DNA of 64,000 nt from an uncultured Candidatus Poseidoniales archaeon (GTDB taxonomy: Archaea; Thermoplasmatota; Poseidoniia; Poseidoniales; Poseidoniaceae): assembly GCA_963997415.1 (NCBI GenBank), contig CAXEMN010000001.1:24220-88219 (forward strand). The letters are read 5' to 3'. Shown here one piece after another: positions 1 through 10,474 of the stretch. The translations under genes were made by a program, and so were the position numbers. A model generated the notes under the pieces. The model did no database searches. It had not been told where the DNA came from and saw only the letters and a program-made list of their open reading frames with translations. The first letter of the stretch is position 1. Every line of letters starts with the position of its first letter.

Positions 1-723
1 AATCCAAGCATCGAATCAGGTTTGGAAAAATTGCGTGAAAAAGGTGTAGAGGAATTGCTTTTGTTCCCAATGTTTCCCCACTATGCGCAAGCGACAACCG
101 AATCATCCCTCAAGCATGCGTACAAGATGCTTGAAGCGATGAATTGGTCGCCAAAAATCATCGAAGCAGGGCACTTCGAGAATCACCCATCCTACATTCA
201 ACCCCTTTCGAATACGATCAAGCCACACCTCAGTGATGATGTGCACATCTTATTTTCCTACCACGGTCTACCAGTTTCACATGTCAAAAGAATCGACCCT
301 TCCAAAAAGCATTGTCAAAAGGTTGAAAATTGCTGTGAAATTTCATGCGATGCGAATAAGAAATGCTATGCCCATCAATGCACTATGACCACTTTTGAAG
401 TGATCAAGAACCTTCAGTTAGAACCTCATCAATGGTCGATCAGCTACCAAAGCAGGCTTGGGCCTGTGCAATGGCTCACGCCATCGACCACTGACAAGGT
501 CACAGAATTGTTCAATCGTGGTGTTCGCAATTTGGTGATCATCGCTCCCGCCTTCCTAGCCGATGGTCTTGAAACATTAGAGGAACTTGACATCGGGATA
601 CGGGAGCAATTCATGGAATTAGGCGGGGAACACTTTGAAGTGATTCGTTGTTTAAACGATGACCAAGAATGGATTGAAGGTATGAGTTCGATTGTTTCTG
701 AAAAATTTCAACTGCTGAATTAA
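1..723 (+). CDS. hemH: Ferrochelatase, C-terminal ~240 aa (5' end lies upstream of the window)
   Basis: The frame is open from base 1 (no stop in 1-21) to TAA 721-723. Ferrochelatase-like motifs: LLFPMFPHYAQATTESS, FSYHGLPVSHV, SYQSRLGPVQWLTPST, APAFLADGLETLEELD. Adjacent to hemY/hemF/hemE. Confidence 0.9.
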   Translation, partial: NPSIESGLEKLREKGVEELLLFPMFPHYAQATTESSLKHAYKMLEAMNWSPKIIEAGHFENHPSYIQPLSNTIKPHLSDDVHILFSYHGLPVSHVKRIDPSKKHCQKVENCCEISCDANKKCYAHQCTMTTFEVIKNLQLEPHQWSISYQSRLGPVQWLTPSTTDKVTELFNRGVRNLVIIAPAFLADGLETLEELDIGIREQFMELGGEHFEVIRCLNDDQEWIEGMSSIVSEKFQLLN

Positions 724-724
724 C

Positions 725-1987
725 TCAGAAGAGTTCAGCAATACGTTCTGCTTGATCGACCACATGGGTGATGGAGACGCCCGAAACGCTCCAGCCGGCT
801 TGAGAACATTCACTCTGTTTATTGGCAATACCTTGTAGATGTCCGGGGAGGTATCTCGGTATCGAACGTTCCCCTATTTTCGAGAACAAAATAGGATCTG
901 CCTTGGTTAAAATTCGACGAAGTGCCCGCTTCACGCTGGCTTCTTCTCCATCCCAGCGTTCATGCGGCACCATGATTCGAAACAATCGATGCCCCTTTGG
1001 CGCCCGAGATGTGGCATGAACATCGCTCTCATGGAGGATGCCGCTGATCGGTACGGATTCGTCCGGTATCAGCGTGCCATACCCAATCGGCACATCGTTG
1101 ATTTTTTCTTGAACATAGCCGACTGCAAACACGGACAGTTTTGACTGGGCCATTGTTTTTGACCCGGCAGACCACACAATGGCCGAAGGCTTCAGATCAA
1201 ATTCTTGGCATACATGTTCGAGGCTTTCCGCCTTGAAATTGAGATGGATTGCTGTATTTTCCATCTGGTTCAATGATGAAATGAGCGCTTCGGTCAGGGT
1301 CGAGATGCCTCCTCGGAATGAGGCAGTTGAACCAGGCTTTGGGGAAAAAAGAGGGTAGGACTTGCTGATTTCCTTCCTCAATTTTCGCTTTCCAATTGGG
1401 GGTTTAGGTCCAAATTTGGTCAGTCCGGGCATTAAAAAATCAGCATCCACGTTGTGAGATGTATCATTGACAATCCCCAATGTCATCGCATCTGCGATGG
1501 TTTTGTTCGGTAGAATGTCGCCGACAGAGGCGCCACCTTTTCGAGATGAACGTATGCCATTATACAACTTCAACGGATTCATCTTCAGTAGGGTCCAGCG
1601 GGAGAGTTTGTGGGAGGTTCCATCCGTCCAAATCCACCTCGAATTGGCTTCCTTTCTCGAGGGGGAAAACTCCTGCTGTAGTCCTAAGTCCTGCACTAAA
1701 CGCCATACTGCCGGATGTGGTCGAGTGGCGTTGACGGCAACATCACATAACCACTCTCCATCCTTCCATGTTTCGATGACGCCCCCAAGTCGATCAGCGT
1801 GTTCAATGAGATCGATGTGTATGTTTGGATTTTTTTGACCAATACGGTAGGCGATGCAAAGTCCAGACAGCCCGCCTCCAACGATGCATATCCGGCTTTT
1901 TTGGCCCAGTGATTCGTGAACAAGGAGCGGCCTTCGTAATTCTTGGCCGTGGCGAATCCAATCTTCTGGAGTCTGCATACATCTCAC
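725..1987 (-). CDS. hemY: Protoporphyrinogen IX oxidase, FAD-dependent (HemY/PgoX type)
   Basis: 420-aa ORF with an N-terminal FAD Rossmann motif [15 protein letters not shown]...IEHADRLGG. Its stop lies 1 nt from the hemH stop. The start is GTG 1987 (overlapping the hemF stop) or ATG 1978. The function call rests on family resemblance plus heme-operon context. Confidence 0.75.
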   Translation of the reverse strand: MRCMQTPEDWIRHGQELRRPLLVHESLGQKSRICIVGGGLSGLCIAYRIGQKNPNIHIDLIEHADRLGGVIETWKDGEWLCDVAVNATRPHPAVWRLVQDLGLQQEFSPSRKEANSRWIWTDGTSHKLSRWTLLKMNPLKLYNGIRSSRKGGASVGDILPNKTIADAMTLGIVNDTSHNVDADFLMPGLTKFGPKPPIGKRKLRKEISKSYPLFSPKPGSTASFRGGISTLTEALISSLNQMENTAIHLNFKAESLEHVCQEFDLKPSAIVWSAGSKTMAQSKLSVFAVGYVQEKINDVPIGYGTLIPDESVPISGILHESDVHATSRAPKGHRLFRIMVPHERWDGEEASVKRALRRILTKADPILFSKIGERSIPRYLPGHLQGIANKQSECSQAGWSVSGVSITHVVDQAERIAELF

Positions 1988-2901
1988 TCATGGGTGTCGA
2001 GCCAATCGATGGGGTGAACCAAAACATCGACTAATTTCTGCTCAGGTGTCCCGTGTCCAACTTCGTGGCAGTATTCCCAGCGGGAGGTAAGAGGCAGGGA
2101 CATGAGTATACTCTCAATTCGACCATTCGTGGTGAGGCCAAACGTCGTTCCACGATCGTAGACGAGATTAAATTCAACATAACGACCTCGGCGTATCTGT
2201 TGCCACTCTTTCTCTTCATCCGAATAAGGAAGGTTCATTCTTCGTTCCAGTATTGGTATGTATGAATCAAGGAAAGAAGCACCACACTCACTGACAAACT
2301 GGAAACACTCTTCCTTCGTTCCGTTGTTCACATCATCAAAGAATATACCACCAACACCTCGCCTTTCGTCTCGATGTTTGATGTAAAAATAATCATCACA
2401 CCACTTTTTGAATCTGTTGTAATCGGCAAGGGCATGGTTGTCGCAAGCCGTTTTTAGCACCTCGTGGAAGTGCACAGCATCCTCTTCATACAGATAACTC
2501 GGCGTCAAATCTGCTCCTCCTCCAAACCACCAACTTCCTTCTCGTCGACCATCACCTCGTTCGAAGTATCGGTAATTGGCATGAACGGTCGGAGCGTGAG
2601 GGTTGTGAGGATGAAGCACAAGGCTGAGCCCTGTGGCAAAGAAATCCAAATCCTCGTCACCAAGTTGCTGCCCCCCTCCCATCGCTCTTGCCGCTTCAGG
2701 GCGAAGCGTACCATGCACAACACTGACGTTGACGCCAGCCTTCTCGAATACGTTTCCATCGCTAAAGACGCGGCTACGACCACCGCCTCCCTCTTCGCGT
2801 TGCCAGGAATCTTCTCGGTAGGTTGACCCGTCAATTTCTTTCAATGCATCACAGATTGTGTCCTGGAGTTGGTGGACCATGTCGACCATCTTTTGGCGCA
2901 T
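1984..2901 (-). CDS. hemF: Oxygen-dependent coproporphyrinogen III oxidase
   Basis: 305 aa. HemF motifs: [49 protein letters not shown]. Confidence 0.93.
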   Translation of the reverse strand: MRQKMVDMVHQLQDTICDALKEIDGSTYREDSWQREEGGGGRSRVFSDGNVFEKAGVNVSVVHGTLRPEAARAMGGGQQLGDEDLDFFATGLSLVLHPHNPHAPTVHANYRYFERGDGRREGSWWFGGGADLTPSYLYEEDAVHFHEVLKTACDNHALADYNRFKKWCDDYFYIKHRDERRGVGGIFFDDVNNGTKEECFQFVSECGASFLDSYIPILERRMNLPYSDEEKEWQQIRRGRYVEFNLVYDRGTTFGLTTNGRIESILMSLPLTSRWEYCHEVGHGTPEQKLVDVLVHPIDWLDTHE

Positions 2902-2903
2902 AT

Positions 2904-3932
2904 CTAACCCTCAGTAATCGTTCGCAAGACGGTTTCGACACATTCGATTCGAGCGCCGGGTGCGAAACCATGGCCCAGATTGAACACATGCCCGGGTTCA
3001 CTACCGGCAGCATTGAGCACGTCAAGAGTGGCCCTACGTGCAACATCGACTGAACCATGAAGAAGTGAAGGATCAAGGTTTCCTTGGAATGAAAATGCGT
3101 CGCCGTGAAGCTTTCTGTTCGTTGCTAAATCATCTCTCCAGTCGAGCGATACTGTGTTGATATCCAATTCTCGAATAGCAGAATGAAGATGACCTGAGCC
3201 TTTGGCATAGTGGATGATTGGTACATCAGCACCAACTTTTTCTCTGAACACTTCAATGGTTTTGGAAGTGGCGGGCATGGCGAATGTTCTGTAATCATTA
3301 ACCGATAATAGGCCAGCCCATGTGTCAAACAGTTGCACAGCATCAGCGCCTCCATGAAGCACCTGATCGGCGAGCAAATCACCGAGTGCTTCAGCCATGG
3401 TTTGGAAGAGATTGTGCGCTGCTTCTGGTTGGGAATAGACCTTCGCCCTCGCATTGTGAAAGTCCTTGTCGCCTGTACCTCCGGATAACAAATACATACA
3501 AACGGTCCACGGGCAACCGACGAAGCCCAATTTGGCAAGGTCGCCCAAATCGTCATCCAAGGAGCGCAAACCATCTGCTGCCCAAGGTGCGTGTTTTCGA
3601 GCTTCGAACCTCGTCCAGTCATCAACATCAGAGAATTCAAAATCACTGATCCGTATGCCTCCGCCATATTCGACATCATACCCTAAACTTGGGAGGGGTG
3701 TCAGGATGTCGCTGAAGATGATTGCTGCGTCGATACCGTTGTATCTCTTCAAAGGTTGAAGTGTAATTTCCTTGCACAAATCAACCTCTTGACAACGCTC
3801 CCAGAAATTATACTGTGAAGCAATTTCACGGTACTCTGGAAGGTGTCTTCCAGCTTGTCGCATAAACCAAACCGGTGTCCTGTCAACAGGACGGCGTTGA
3901 AGCGCAGCCAGGATTCGTTCTTGTCCGTTCAT
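2904..3932 (-). CDS. hemE: Uroporphyrinogen decarboxylase
   Basis: 342 aa. Motifs: [36 protein letters not shown]. Four-nt overlap with the hemL stop. Confidence 0.93.
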   Translation of the reverse strand: MNGQERILAALQRRPVDRTPVWFMRQAGRHLPEYREIASQYNFWERCQEVDLCKEITLQPLKRYNGIDAAIIFSDILTPLPSLGYDVEYGGGIRISDFEFSDVDDWTRFEARKHAPWAADGLRSLDDDLGDLAKLGFVGCPWTVCMYLLSGGTGDKDFHNARAKVYSQPEAAHNLFQTMAEALGDLLADQVLHGGADAVQLFDTWAGLLSVNDYRTFAMPATSKTIEVFREKVGADVPIIHYAKGSGHLHSAIRELDINTVSLDWRDDLATNRKLHGDAFSFQGNLDPSLLHGSVDVARRATLDVLNAAGSEPGHVFNLGHGFAPGARIECVETVLRTITEG

Positions 3933-5230
3933 ATCGACAACTCCATTTCAGTCAACACTTCGTCCATGGCTACGGCAAAGTCTGCTATGTGCTGCTCGGT
4001 GTGAGCCGTCGATAAGAATCCAACTTCATATGCGGACGGTGCGAGCATGAAACCTTTTGAGAGAAGTGCGCGGTGTACTTTCGAATACAAGACACCAGCA
4101 TCCGATGGAATCTCTGCTGCACTTTGTGGGGCTGAACCAGAACCCGGTGAGAACCAAAACAGGCTTGCCTGTCGAACGAGCGTCATTGGTTTTCCGTGCT
4201 TTTCGAGGACGTGATTCATTTGTTCTTCCATACTTTGGCCAAGTTGTTCAAGTTGTACATAGGCCTCTTGTGTCAGCAAATCAAGCGTCTTGATCCCTGC
4301 TGTCATTGCCAGTGGATTGCCTGAGAGGGTGCCTGCTTGGTAGACTGGGCCAATTGGAGAGAGCAGATCCATGATTTCTTTTCGTGCCCCATAGGCCCCA
4401 ACTGGAAGGCCACCTCCAATCACTTTCCCAAGCGCTGTAATGTCAGGTTGCACGCCACAATGGGCTCCATAACTGCCTTGAGGAAAACGGAAACCACTGA
4501 TGACTTCATCGAAAATAAGCAAGGCACCGCTTTGGTCGCACAACTTCCTAAGCGTTTGCAAGAATTCCTTTGATTGCAGGAGAAGACCGTTATTTGCTGG
4601 CAGCGGCTCAATCACAACTGCAGCAATTTCCTTGCCATGTTCTTGGAAGAGGTATTCCACCGCTTCCACATCATTGAGCGACGAAACAAGCGTTGTTGCG
4701 ATTGTGTCTGAGGGGATACCGGGGCTGCTCGCAATGCCAAACGTGGCAAGACCACTACCACCCTTGACCATGAGGGAGTCAACATGGCCATGATAACAAC
4801 CATCGAATTTGACCAATATGTCCCGTCCAGTGAACCCTCTTGCAAGTCGTACTGCGCTCATAACGGCCTCTGTTCCAGAAGACACGAATCGGACTTTGTC
4901 AATATGATCGAATCGTTTTTTGACCATTTTTGAGAGTTCCATTTCTCCTCTGTGAGGCGCACCAAACGAAGTGCCTTTGAGCATGGATGATTGTAATTGA
5001 TTCAAAATATCAGGGTGGGAATGTCCATGGATCAATGGCCCCCATGATTGGACAAAATCAATCAATTCGTTTCCATCGACATCTGTGACGATGGCTCCTT
5101 TCGCCTTTTCAAAATAAATTGGATAGCCATGGACCGATTTGAAGGCGCGGACGGGTGAATTTACTCCACCCACAAGATGCTCCATGGCTTCGGTGTGAAG
5201 CATATTGGAAACAGTACGATCCATTTCCAT
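3929..5230 (-). CDS. hemL: Glutamate-1-semialdehyde 2,1-aminomutase
   Basis: Motifs: GGVNSPVRAF, FVSSGTEAVMSAVRLARG, LIFDEVISGFR, GKVIGGGLPVGAYG. I prefer ATG 5230, which is 2 nt after the hemB stop and preceded by GGTGGTG. The ORF-track start at 5245 is the alternative. Confidence 0.92.
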   Translation of the reverse strand: MEMDRTVSNMLHTEAMEHLVGGVNSPVRAFKSVHGYPIYFEKAKGAIVTDVDGNELIDFVQSWGPLIHGHSHPDILNQLQSSMLKGTSFGAPHRGEMELSKMVKKRFDHIDKVRFVSSGTEAVMSAVRLARGFTGRDILVKFDGCYHGHVDSLMVKGGSGLATFGIASSPGIPSDTIATTLVSSLNDVEAVEYLFQEHGKEIAAVVIEPLPANNGLLLQSKEFLQTLRKLCDQSGALLIFDEVISGFRFPQGSYGAHCGVQPDITALGKVIGGGLPVGAYGARKEIMDLLSPIGPVYQAGTLSGNPLAMTAGIKTLDLLTQEAYVQLEQLGQSMEEQMNHVLEKHGKPMTLVRQASLFWFSPGSGSAPQSAAEIPSDAGVLYSKVHRALLSKGFMLAPSAYEVGFLSTAHTEQHIADFAVAMDEVLTEMELSI

Positions 5231-5232
5231 GT

Positions 5233-6207
5233 TCACACCACCCATCCATTTTGAAGCGCTTCCCGGGCGTGGTAGGAGACAATGATGTCAGCGCCTGCAC
5301 GCTGAAATGAGGCGAGGATTTCTTGCACCATGGCGCCTCGAGCGGCTTCATCTGAGGTTGAGTTCATGACCATTGAGTATTCTCCACTGACGTTGTAGAC
5401 GGCGGTCGGTCGATTGATGCTGTCGGCGACTCTGCGCAAGACATCCAAGTAAGGAAGCCCGGGCTTCACCATGATGATGTCAGCGCCCTCAGCTTCGTCA
5501 AGCGATGCTTCAAGGAGGGCTTCTTTGTACCCGGCACGGGGGTCCATCTGGTATGTTCGACGGTCTCCAGTTTCTGGTGATGAGTCTGCAGCACCCCTGA
5601 ATGGGCCATAGAAGGCGGAGGCATATTTTACGGCGTAGGACATGATTCCAGTCGTGTGTTGGTGGGCGCGTTCAAGGGCCTGACGAATGTGTTTTACTCG
5701 TCCATCCATCATGTCTGAACAAGCGATGTAATCCGTGCCAGCTTTGGCGTGGAGTAAGGCGATTCGGGCGAGTTGTTCAACGCTTGAATCGTTTTGGATT
5801 TCGTTATGCTCGACAAATCCACAGTGCCCGTGGTCTGTTGATGTGCACAAGCACAAATCAGTCATCACGACGATTTGATCACCATAGGCTTCTTTGATGG
5901 CGCGAACTGCTTGGTAGAGATGCATTGTGTCGTCCAAGCAGGCCGTTGCGTGTGGGTCTTTCATGCCAGCCGGCATGACTGGAAAGAGCATCACATTTCG
6001 AATACCAATGGCAAAGTCATCGTGAATTGTATTCATGAGCACATCAATCGATTGTCGTTGAATCCCAGGCATATTCTCGATGGAGTCGTTCACACCTTGA
6101 CCTTCGACGATGAAGTATGGTTGAACCAACGAAGAGGACAGTGAGGAATCATGCAAGAGGTTGCGTCGGGCAACCGTTGCTCGATTAATACGTGGCCGTA
6201 TGTTCAT
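5233..6207 (-). CDS. hemB: Porphobilinogen synthase (ALA dehydratase), Cys-rich Zn-type
   Basis: 324 aa. Motifs: a TDLCLCTSTDHGHCG metal site, active-site Lys context IIMVKPGLPYLD, and VYNVSGEYSM. Confidence 0.93.
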   Translation of the reverse strand: MNIRPRINRATVARRNLLHDSSLSSSLVQPYFIVEGQGVNDSIENMPGIQRQSIDVLMNTIHDDFAIGIRNVMLFPVMPAGMKDPHATACLDDTMHLYQAVRAIKEAYGDQIVVMTDLCLCTSTDHGHCGFVEHNEIQNDSSVEQLARIALLHAKAGTDYIACSDMMDGRVKHIRQALERAHQHTTGIMSYAVKYASAFYGPFRGAADSSPETGDRRTYQMDPRAGYKEALLEASLDEAEGADIIMVKPGLPYLDVLRRVADSINRPTAVYNVSGEYSMVMNSTSDEAARGAMVQEILASFQRAGADIIVSYHAREALQNGWVV

Positions 6208-7899
6208 TTATTGCTCACCCGTTTCGTTCCACCATTGCGTGATGTAATCTGCCGTAGGACCTTTGAGAACTTGTACGTTCGATTCGGAAAATTGCTCCAT
6301 TTTTTCCAACTGAGCTTTTGTGCTTTCGCCCATGACCAGTATGGTGGACGCTATCGGCAGTGAGTTATCAACCCATGCAAGGGCCGAAGAAGGTGATGAA
6401 AGCAGTAACACATCATCCTTTGATGAGGTGAATGAATCTACTTTTTTGGTTTTATTTTCATACCCTATCCATCGTTGAACCTCAAAGCCTGATTGTTTCA
6501 AAGCCTCTCCAAAAGAATCATCCGCACGGTTTGATTGAGGCAGGAGAAGTAAATTGGTAGGCTCAATATGTTCTCGTATGTAGGTTGCAAAGTCTTTCGA
6601 ATTTCTTGCTCTGCCGCAAATAGAGGCTGTAATTCCCAATTTGAAACAAGCACGAGCAGTGCCTTCGCCAATGGCGACCCATTGTATGCGGCGGTATTCG
6701 GGGATGCTCTCAGAAATCTCTGCTGCACATCGGGCGGCAAATGGCGAGGTCAAAAGCAGGAGTGGCCATTTCCTTCGATCGCTGATGGTGTCAAGATTGA
6801 GATGAGGCCAGTTGCCTTTGAGGGGTTGGAGATCCAAAACAGGATGGTTCACCACACGAATGCCTTCAGATTGTAATCGCATGGCAAGACGTTCTGAATT
6901 AAGCGTCGAAATCAATTGCCTTCCATCGTTCACCACCACCGGTGGTTCTGCTTTCTGTTCGGGCGCTTGGGCGACGAAATCTTCCACAGGTCCATTGTAA
7001 TCCAAGGTGTGAAAGCTTTCACCGCGGCAATGTAAATCGCGCCAATTTTTGGGTGACACCTTCACATTTAAACGACCTGACTTCGATCGAATTCCGGCAG
7101 GGAATAAGCATCCACCGCCGAGATGTTGCAATTGTTCTCGTTCGCTGAGCACCTCTTTTTCGGTGGCGGTATGATTCAAAACCTTCCTAAATCCACTCAT
7201 TTCTTCAAAGCGGTTCGTCGCACAATGAACGGAAATAGCCCCTTGCCCGGGAGCCGTTGGCCATTGTGCTTCATCGATTCGCTGACAACTCAATGCCAAC
7301 ATCCAATCTTCTAACGCTCCATCTTCGTGCAATCTCTTCAGTCCAACTTCTGCAAGGACGAGCGCATCAACTCGCCCTTGTTTTAGGCGGAGCAATCTGG
7401 TTTGAACCTGTCCACGGACTGCAAGAGGGAGCAAATCGGGTCGCTGACTCAACAAAAAAGATTGACGGCGACCCGAAACGGTACCAATGGTGGCTCCCCG
7501 ATCGAGCGATGCCAACACATCGGGTAAGGTTGTTGAGGCGTTGGAAGCGAGTACCTCTGCTAAGGTCGTTGATTTTCCTGTGCGTTGAGAAAGCAACACA
7601 TCACTGGTACAGCCTCGCTCTAGGTAAGACAAATGTGAGATGCCAGGCGTTTCAAATGTGGGGACATCTTTGCTTGAATGGACAGCAACATCGATTTTTC
7701 CGGTCAAAAGTTCTTCGTCAATTCCATGAACGAATTGTCCAACAGAGGTGGCCAGATCGCCTCCAACCGAGCGGTCTCCTGATGAAGTAATTTCAATGAT
7801 TTTTGTCGAGATCCCCGATGTTTCAAGAAGATGAGCAACTTTTCGTGCTTGCCAAAGTGCAAGAGGGGATGAACGGGTCCCAATTCGAACAGGGTTCAC
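6208..7899 (-). CDS. hemCD: Fused hydroxymethylbilane synthase (N-terminal) and uroporphyrinogen-III synthase (C-terminal)
   Basis: 563 aa. The N-terminal ~300 aa carry VRIGTRSSPLALWQA and the cofactor Cys in LGGGCLFPAG (HemC). The C-terminal ~240 aa carry LLLTSPFAARCAAE...VLLLSSPSSALAWV, a HemD-like two-lobe pattern. There is no internal stop. Confidence 0.85.
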   Translation of the reverse strand: MNPVRIGTRSSPLALWQARKVAHLLETSGISTKIIEITSSGDRSVGGDLATSVGQFVHGIDEELLTGKIDVAVHSSKDVPTFETPGISHLSYLERGCTSDVLLSQRTGKSTTLAEVLASNASTTLPDVLASLDRGATIGTVSGRRQSFLLSQRPDLLPLAVRGQVQTRLLRLKQGRVDALVLAEVGLKRLHEDGALEDWMLALSCQRIDEAQWPTAPGQGAISVHCATNRFEEMSGFRKVLNHTATEKEVLSEREQLQHLGGGCLFPAGIRSKSGRLNVKVSPKNWRDLHCRGESFHTLDYNGPVEDFVAQAPEQKAEPPVVVNDGRQLISTLNSERLAMRLQSEGIRVVNHPVLDLQPLKGNWPHLNLDTISDRRKWPLLLLTSPFAARCAAEISESIPEYRRIQWVAIGEGTARACFKLGITASICGRARNSKDFATYIREHIEPTNLLLLPQSNRADDSFGEALKQSGFEVQRWIGYENKTKKVDSFTSSKDDVLLLSSPSSALAWVDNSLPIASTILVMGESTKAQLEKMEQFSESNVQVLKGPTADYITQWWNETGEQ

Positions 7900-9275
7900 C
7901 CTAGGACCTCCGCAAGGTCGGATTTAGCGTTCAATTCAAGCATGGTTTTGCCAACATCTGAAGCGATCACAGAAAGCAAATCGCTGTCGACTTCGCGTTG
8001 AGTTTGGAGAATTAACTGTTCAAGATCATGAATTCTGAAGGCCCCAGTTTGAGTGCAGATCCACGTTGCGATTTCTCGTGAAAAGGCCTGCATTGTAGCG
8101 TCTTGGTCGGTGTTTACACTCCAATCTTTTGCCATAGAATCGAGTTTTGAATAAATGAATGTTCGAAACTTTGCGTCCGACCTGTTCGACAGAGCCGATA
8201 GGAATTCGTCGGTAATATTGCCCAACACCACATCGCCTTTTTCCAAGGTTGAAGCATAATCCCAATCGACACCGAGTTTGTGCGCTGCGCGAATCCAGGT
8301 GTCCATGCCCAACAGTGTTTGATGCGAGTGTACACCATTTCGTGCGACTGAAGGGGGCCAAGAAAAGTCCATGACTGTGCATGCCTGTTCGACTGGAATT
8401 TGATTGGCGTCAAAGTACGTTGGTTTTGCCGAACGTATGGTGGATATGATCACATCAGAGGTATGACTCTTTGAATTCCACTCCTCGAATGTCATCATGT
8501 TCAATTCGGAGGCTAAACCCTGATTTCTCAATCGTGATTTTTCGGGAGATCGAGATACGACGGTGATGCTGTTCTGTTGGAGTTGCTGGAGCGTTTCAAC
8601 GGCTTTTTGACCCATCTCACCAAAGCCAAGAACAACACAATTTGCTTGCCCTTTGTCTTTGAGGATCTCTTGCAATGTGGATGTGGCTAGATTAAGCATT
8701 GATTCAGTTGTTTTGTTGAAGCCAAATTCTTTGCGAAGGGTTCGGTTTGCAGCAACCACATGATGGAAGAACGATTCATTCGTTTTGTCGATGAGGTCAT
8801 GCTTTCGATGCCATGCGACTGCACTCCGAAATTGACCCATAACTTGCAATTCGCCAATCATGAACGAATCAAGACCACTGCAAATTTTGACCAGTGATTT
8901 CCACGCATCAATTCCGGTGTAATGTTGAAACGGGAGGTCAGTCATTCCAGTGTGTTCCTCGAGTTTTTGAGCGAGCCGCTCACAGGTGGTGTTGAATCCA
9001 AGATAGAGGATTCGATTGCAAGTTGAAAACTCAAAAATATCGTGATTAAGGGTCTCTTTAAGTTGTGAAAGATGAGACAATTTTTCCTCTTTGTTCATTC
9101 CTTCAGTCGTCAGACTTCGCGCCACATGTATGTTTTCTGAATTGAATTTCATGGCCACCAATGCCACGTTATTCATCAGTGCTTTTGGATCGTGGAAATC
9201 GCCATCCACTTCGGAGGCATGCGGTTGTTGAACGAACCTTTTCAGGTTGATTTCGAGAATGCGTTCGCCAGTCAA
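7896..9275 (-). CDS. hemA: Glutamyl-tRNA reductase
   Basis: Catalytic motif FSTCNRILYL and NADPH-binding motif VVLGFGEMGQKAVE. The start is uncertain: the ORF begins with TTG at 9275, and ATG at 9176 (MNNVALVAMKF) would give a more typical N-terminus. Confidence 0.85.
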   Translation of the reverse strand: MTGERILEINLKRFVQQPHASEVDGDFHDPKALMNNVALVAMKFNSENIHVARSLTTEGMNKEEKLSHLSQLKETLNHDIFEFSTCNRILYLGFNTTCERLAQKLEEHTGMTDLPFQHYTGIDAWKSLVKICSGLDSFMIGELQVMGQFRSAVAWHRKHDLIDKTNESFFHHVVAANRTLRKEFGFNKTTESMLNLATSTLQEILKDKGQANCVVLGFGEMGQKAVETLQQLQQNSITVVSRSPEKSRLRNQGLASELNMMTFEEWNSKSHTSDVIISTIRSAKPTYFDANQIPVEQACTVMDFSWPPSVARNGVHSHQTLLGMDTWIRAAHKLGVDWDYASTLEKGDVVLGNITDEFLSALSNRSDAKFRTFIYSKLDSMAKDWSVNTDQDATMQAFSREIATWICTQTGAFRIHDLEQLILQTQREVDSDLLSVIASDVGKTMLELNAKSDLAEVLG

Positions 9276-9404
9276 ACCTCACCCTCATTTTTTCGGCGGC
9301 GCCCCACTATTCAAAACTGTGGTTTTGCCATTGTCGTAAAGAATTCATCAAATACAGTGCGAGAGGTAAAAAAAACTCAAGTGCAGTTGCTGCAGGCATT
9401 GACC

Positions 9405-9920
9405 ATGGAGGAAGCATCGGACGGCAATTTTTCCGACATAGTCGAGGGGAACGAAGGGTATGTTGCCAGCTTCAATGGTCAAGGCACTCCTGGCCTTCCT
9501 GCCCGTAATCTTCTCCTCTTGACGTGCATGGATTGTCGAATTCTCCCTCATGAAGCGCTTGGCGTCTCCATTGGCGATATGAAAGTCATGCGGAATGGTG
9601 GGGCGCAACTGAATGCGAACATGGTGAGTGACCTCATTGTTGCGAACAATGTCCTCGACTGCGATCGGATTCTCATCATGCCCCATACACGATGTGGCAT
9701 GGCTGCAGCAACCTTGGATTCTGTTCGAAACACGGTCGCCTCCAACACTGGTGCTGATGTAAGCAACTATCACCCAGCCGTTGTCGAAAACCAAATGGAA
9801 AAATTGGTCATCGATGTCAAATCACTCCGGGAAAATCCATTGGTCAAACCCAACACGATAATTGAAGGCGCAATCTACGATGTGGACACCGGACAGGTGA
9901 ACTTCGTCGACATCGATTGA
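9405..9920 (+). CDS. Beta-class carbonic anhydrase (short, Cab-like, ~171 aa)
   Basis: Zinc ligand motifs CMDCR (CxDxR) and HTRCG (HxxC). I chose ATG 9405 because the ORF-track extension from 9192 would overlap hemA. Confidence 0.8.
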   Translation: MEEASDGNFSDIVEGNEGYVASFNGQGTPGLPARNLLLLTCMDCRILPHEALGVSIGDMKVMRNGGAQLNANMVSDLIVANNVLDCDRILIMPHTRCGMAAATLDSVRNTVASNTGADVSNYHPAVVENQMEKLVIDVKSLRENPLVKPNTIIEGAIYDVDTGQVNFVDID

Positions 9921-9942
9921 AACGAACATTGGACGGCGTTGC

Positions 9943-10392
9943 TCAGGCAAGCAGATCCTCGGGTTCGTCTCTTGAGCCAAACCTTGTGACTGAGCCCTCG
10001 CTGTCAATGACGAACTTGGAGAAGTTCCAACGAATATTGCCTGTGTTTTCAGAAGCTGCGATCAAGGCTTGAAACAATGGCGCTGCTCCAGAACCTTTGA
10101 CATCAATTTTGGCCATGAGGGGAAACGTCACTTGGAATTTTTCAGTTGTGAAGGCACATATCTCTTCATGCGTGCCTGGTTCCTGCCCGCCAAATTGATT
10201 GCATGGGAATCCAACCACGGTGACACCATCTTGTTCGGAGAGCGTTTGGAGACCAGCGTATTGACGAGTAAAACCACAAGCGCTCGCAACGTTGACGACG
10301 ACCCACGTTGAGGTGCTTTCACCACCAAGGGCTCGAAGGGTTGTTTCATTACCATCCATGTCTGTAAATCCAATATCAAGTGGGTTGGTCAT
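9943..10392 (-). CDS. gpx: Glutathione peroxidase (Cys type, not Sec)
   Basis: Motifs: VVNVASACGFT, GFPCNQFGGQEPG, WNFSKF. Start taken at MTNPLD (10392); the longer ORF runs to 10476. Confidence 0.85.
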   Translation of the reverse strand: MTNPLDIGFTDMDGNETTLRALGGESTSTWVVVNVASACGFTRQYAGLQTLSEQDGVTVVGFPCNQFGGQEPGTHEEICAFTTEKFQVTFPLMAKIDVKGSGAAPLFQALIAASENTGNIRWNFSKFVIDSEGSVTRFGSRDEPEDLLA

Positions 10393-10474
10393 ACCATGCC
10401 GTGGTGCACGCCTGTCTTCAACTCTTGTGCGGCTCAAGGCAAGGGTGATAGGGAAGACACGGACAAAGGCGAAC

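Noticed and set aside
9192-9404. A long N-terminal extension of the carbonic anhydrase ORF.
   Set aside because: It would overlap the hemA 5' end on the opposite strand and adds non-homologous sequence. ATG 9405 yields the ~171-aa Cab-like length.
9943-10392. Possible selenocysteine (in-frame TGA) in the glutathione peroxidase.
   Set aside because: The active-site residue is an ordinary Cys codon (VASACGF) in an uninterrupted ORF. There is no internal TGA.
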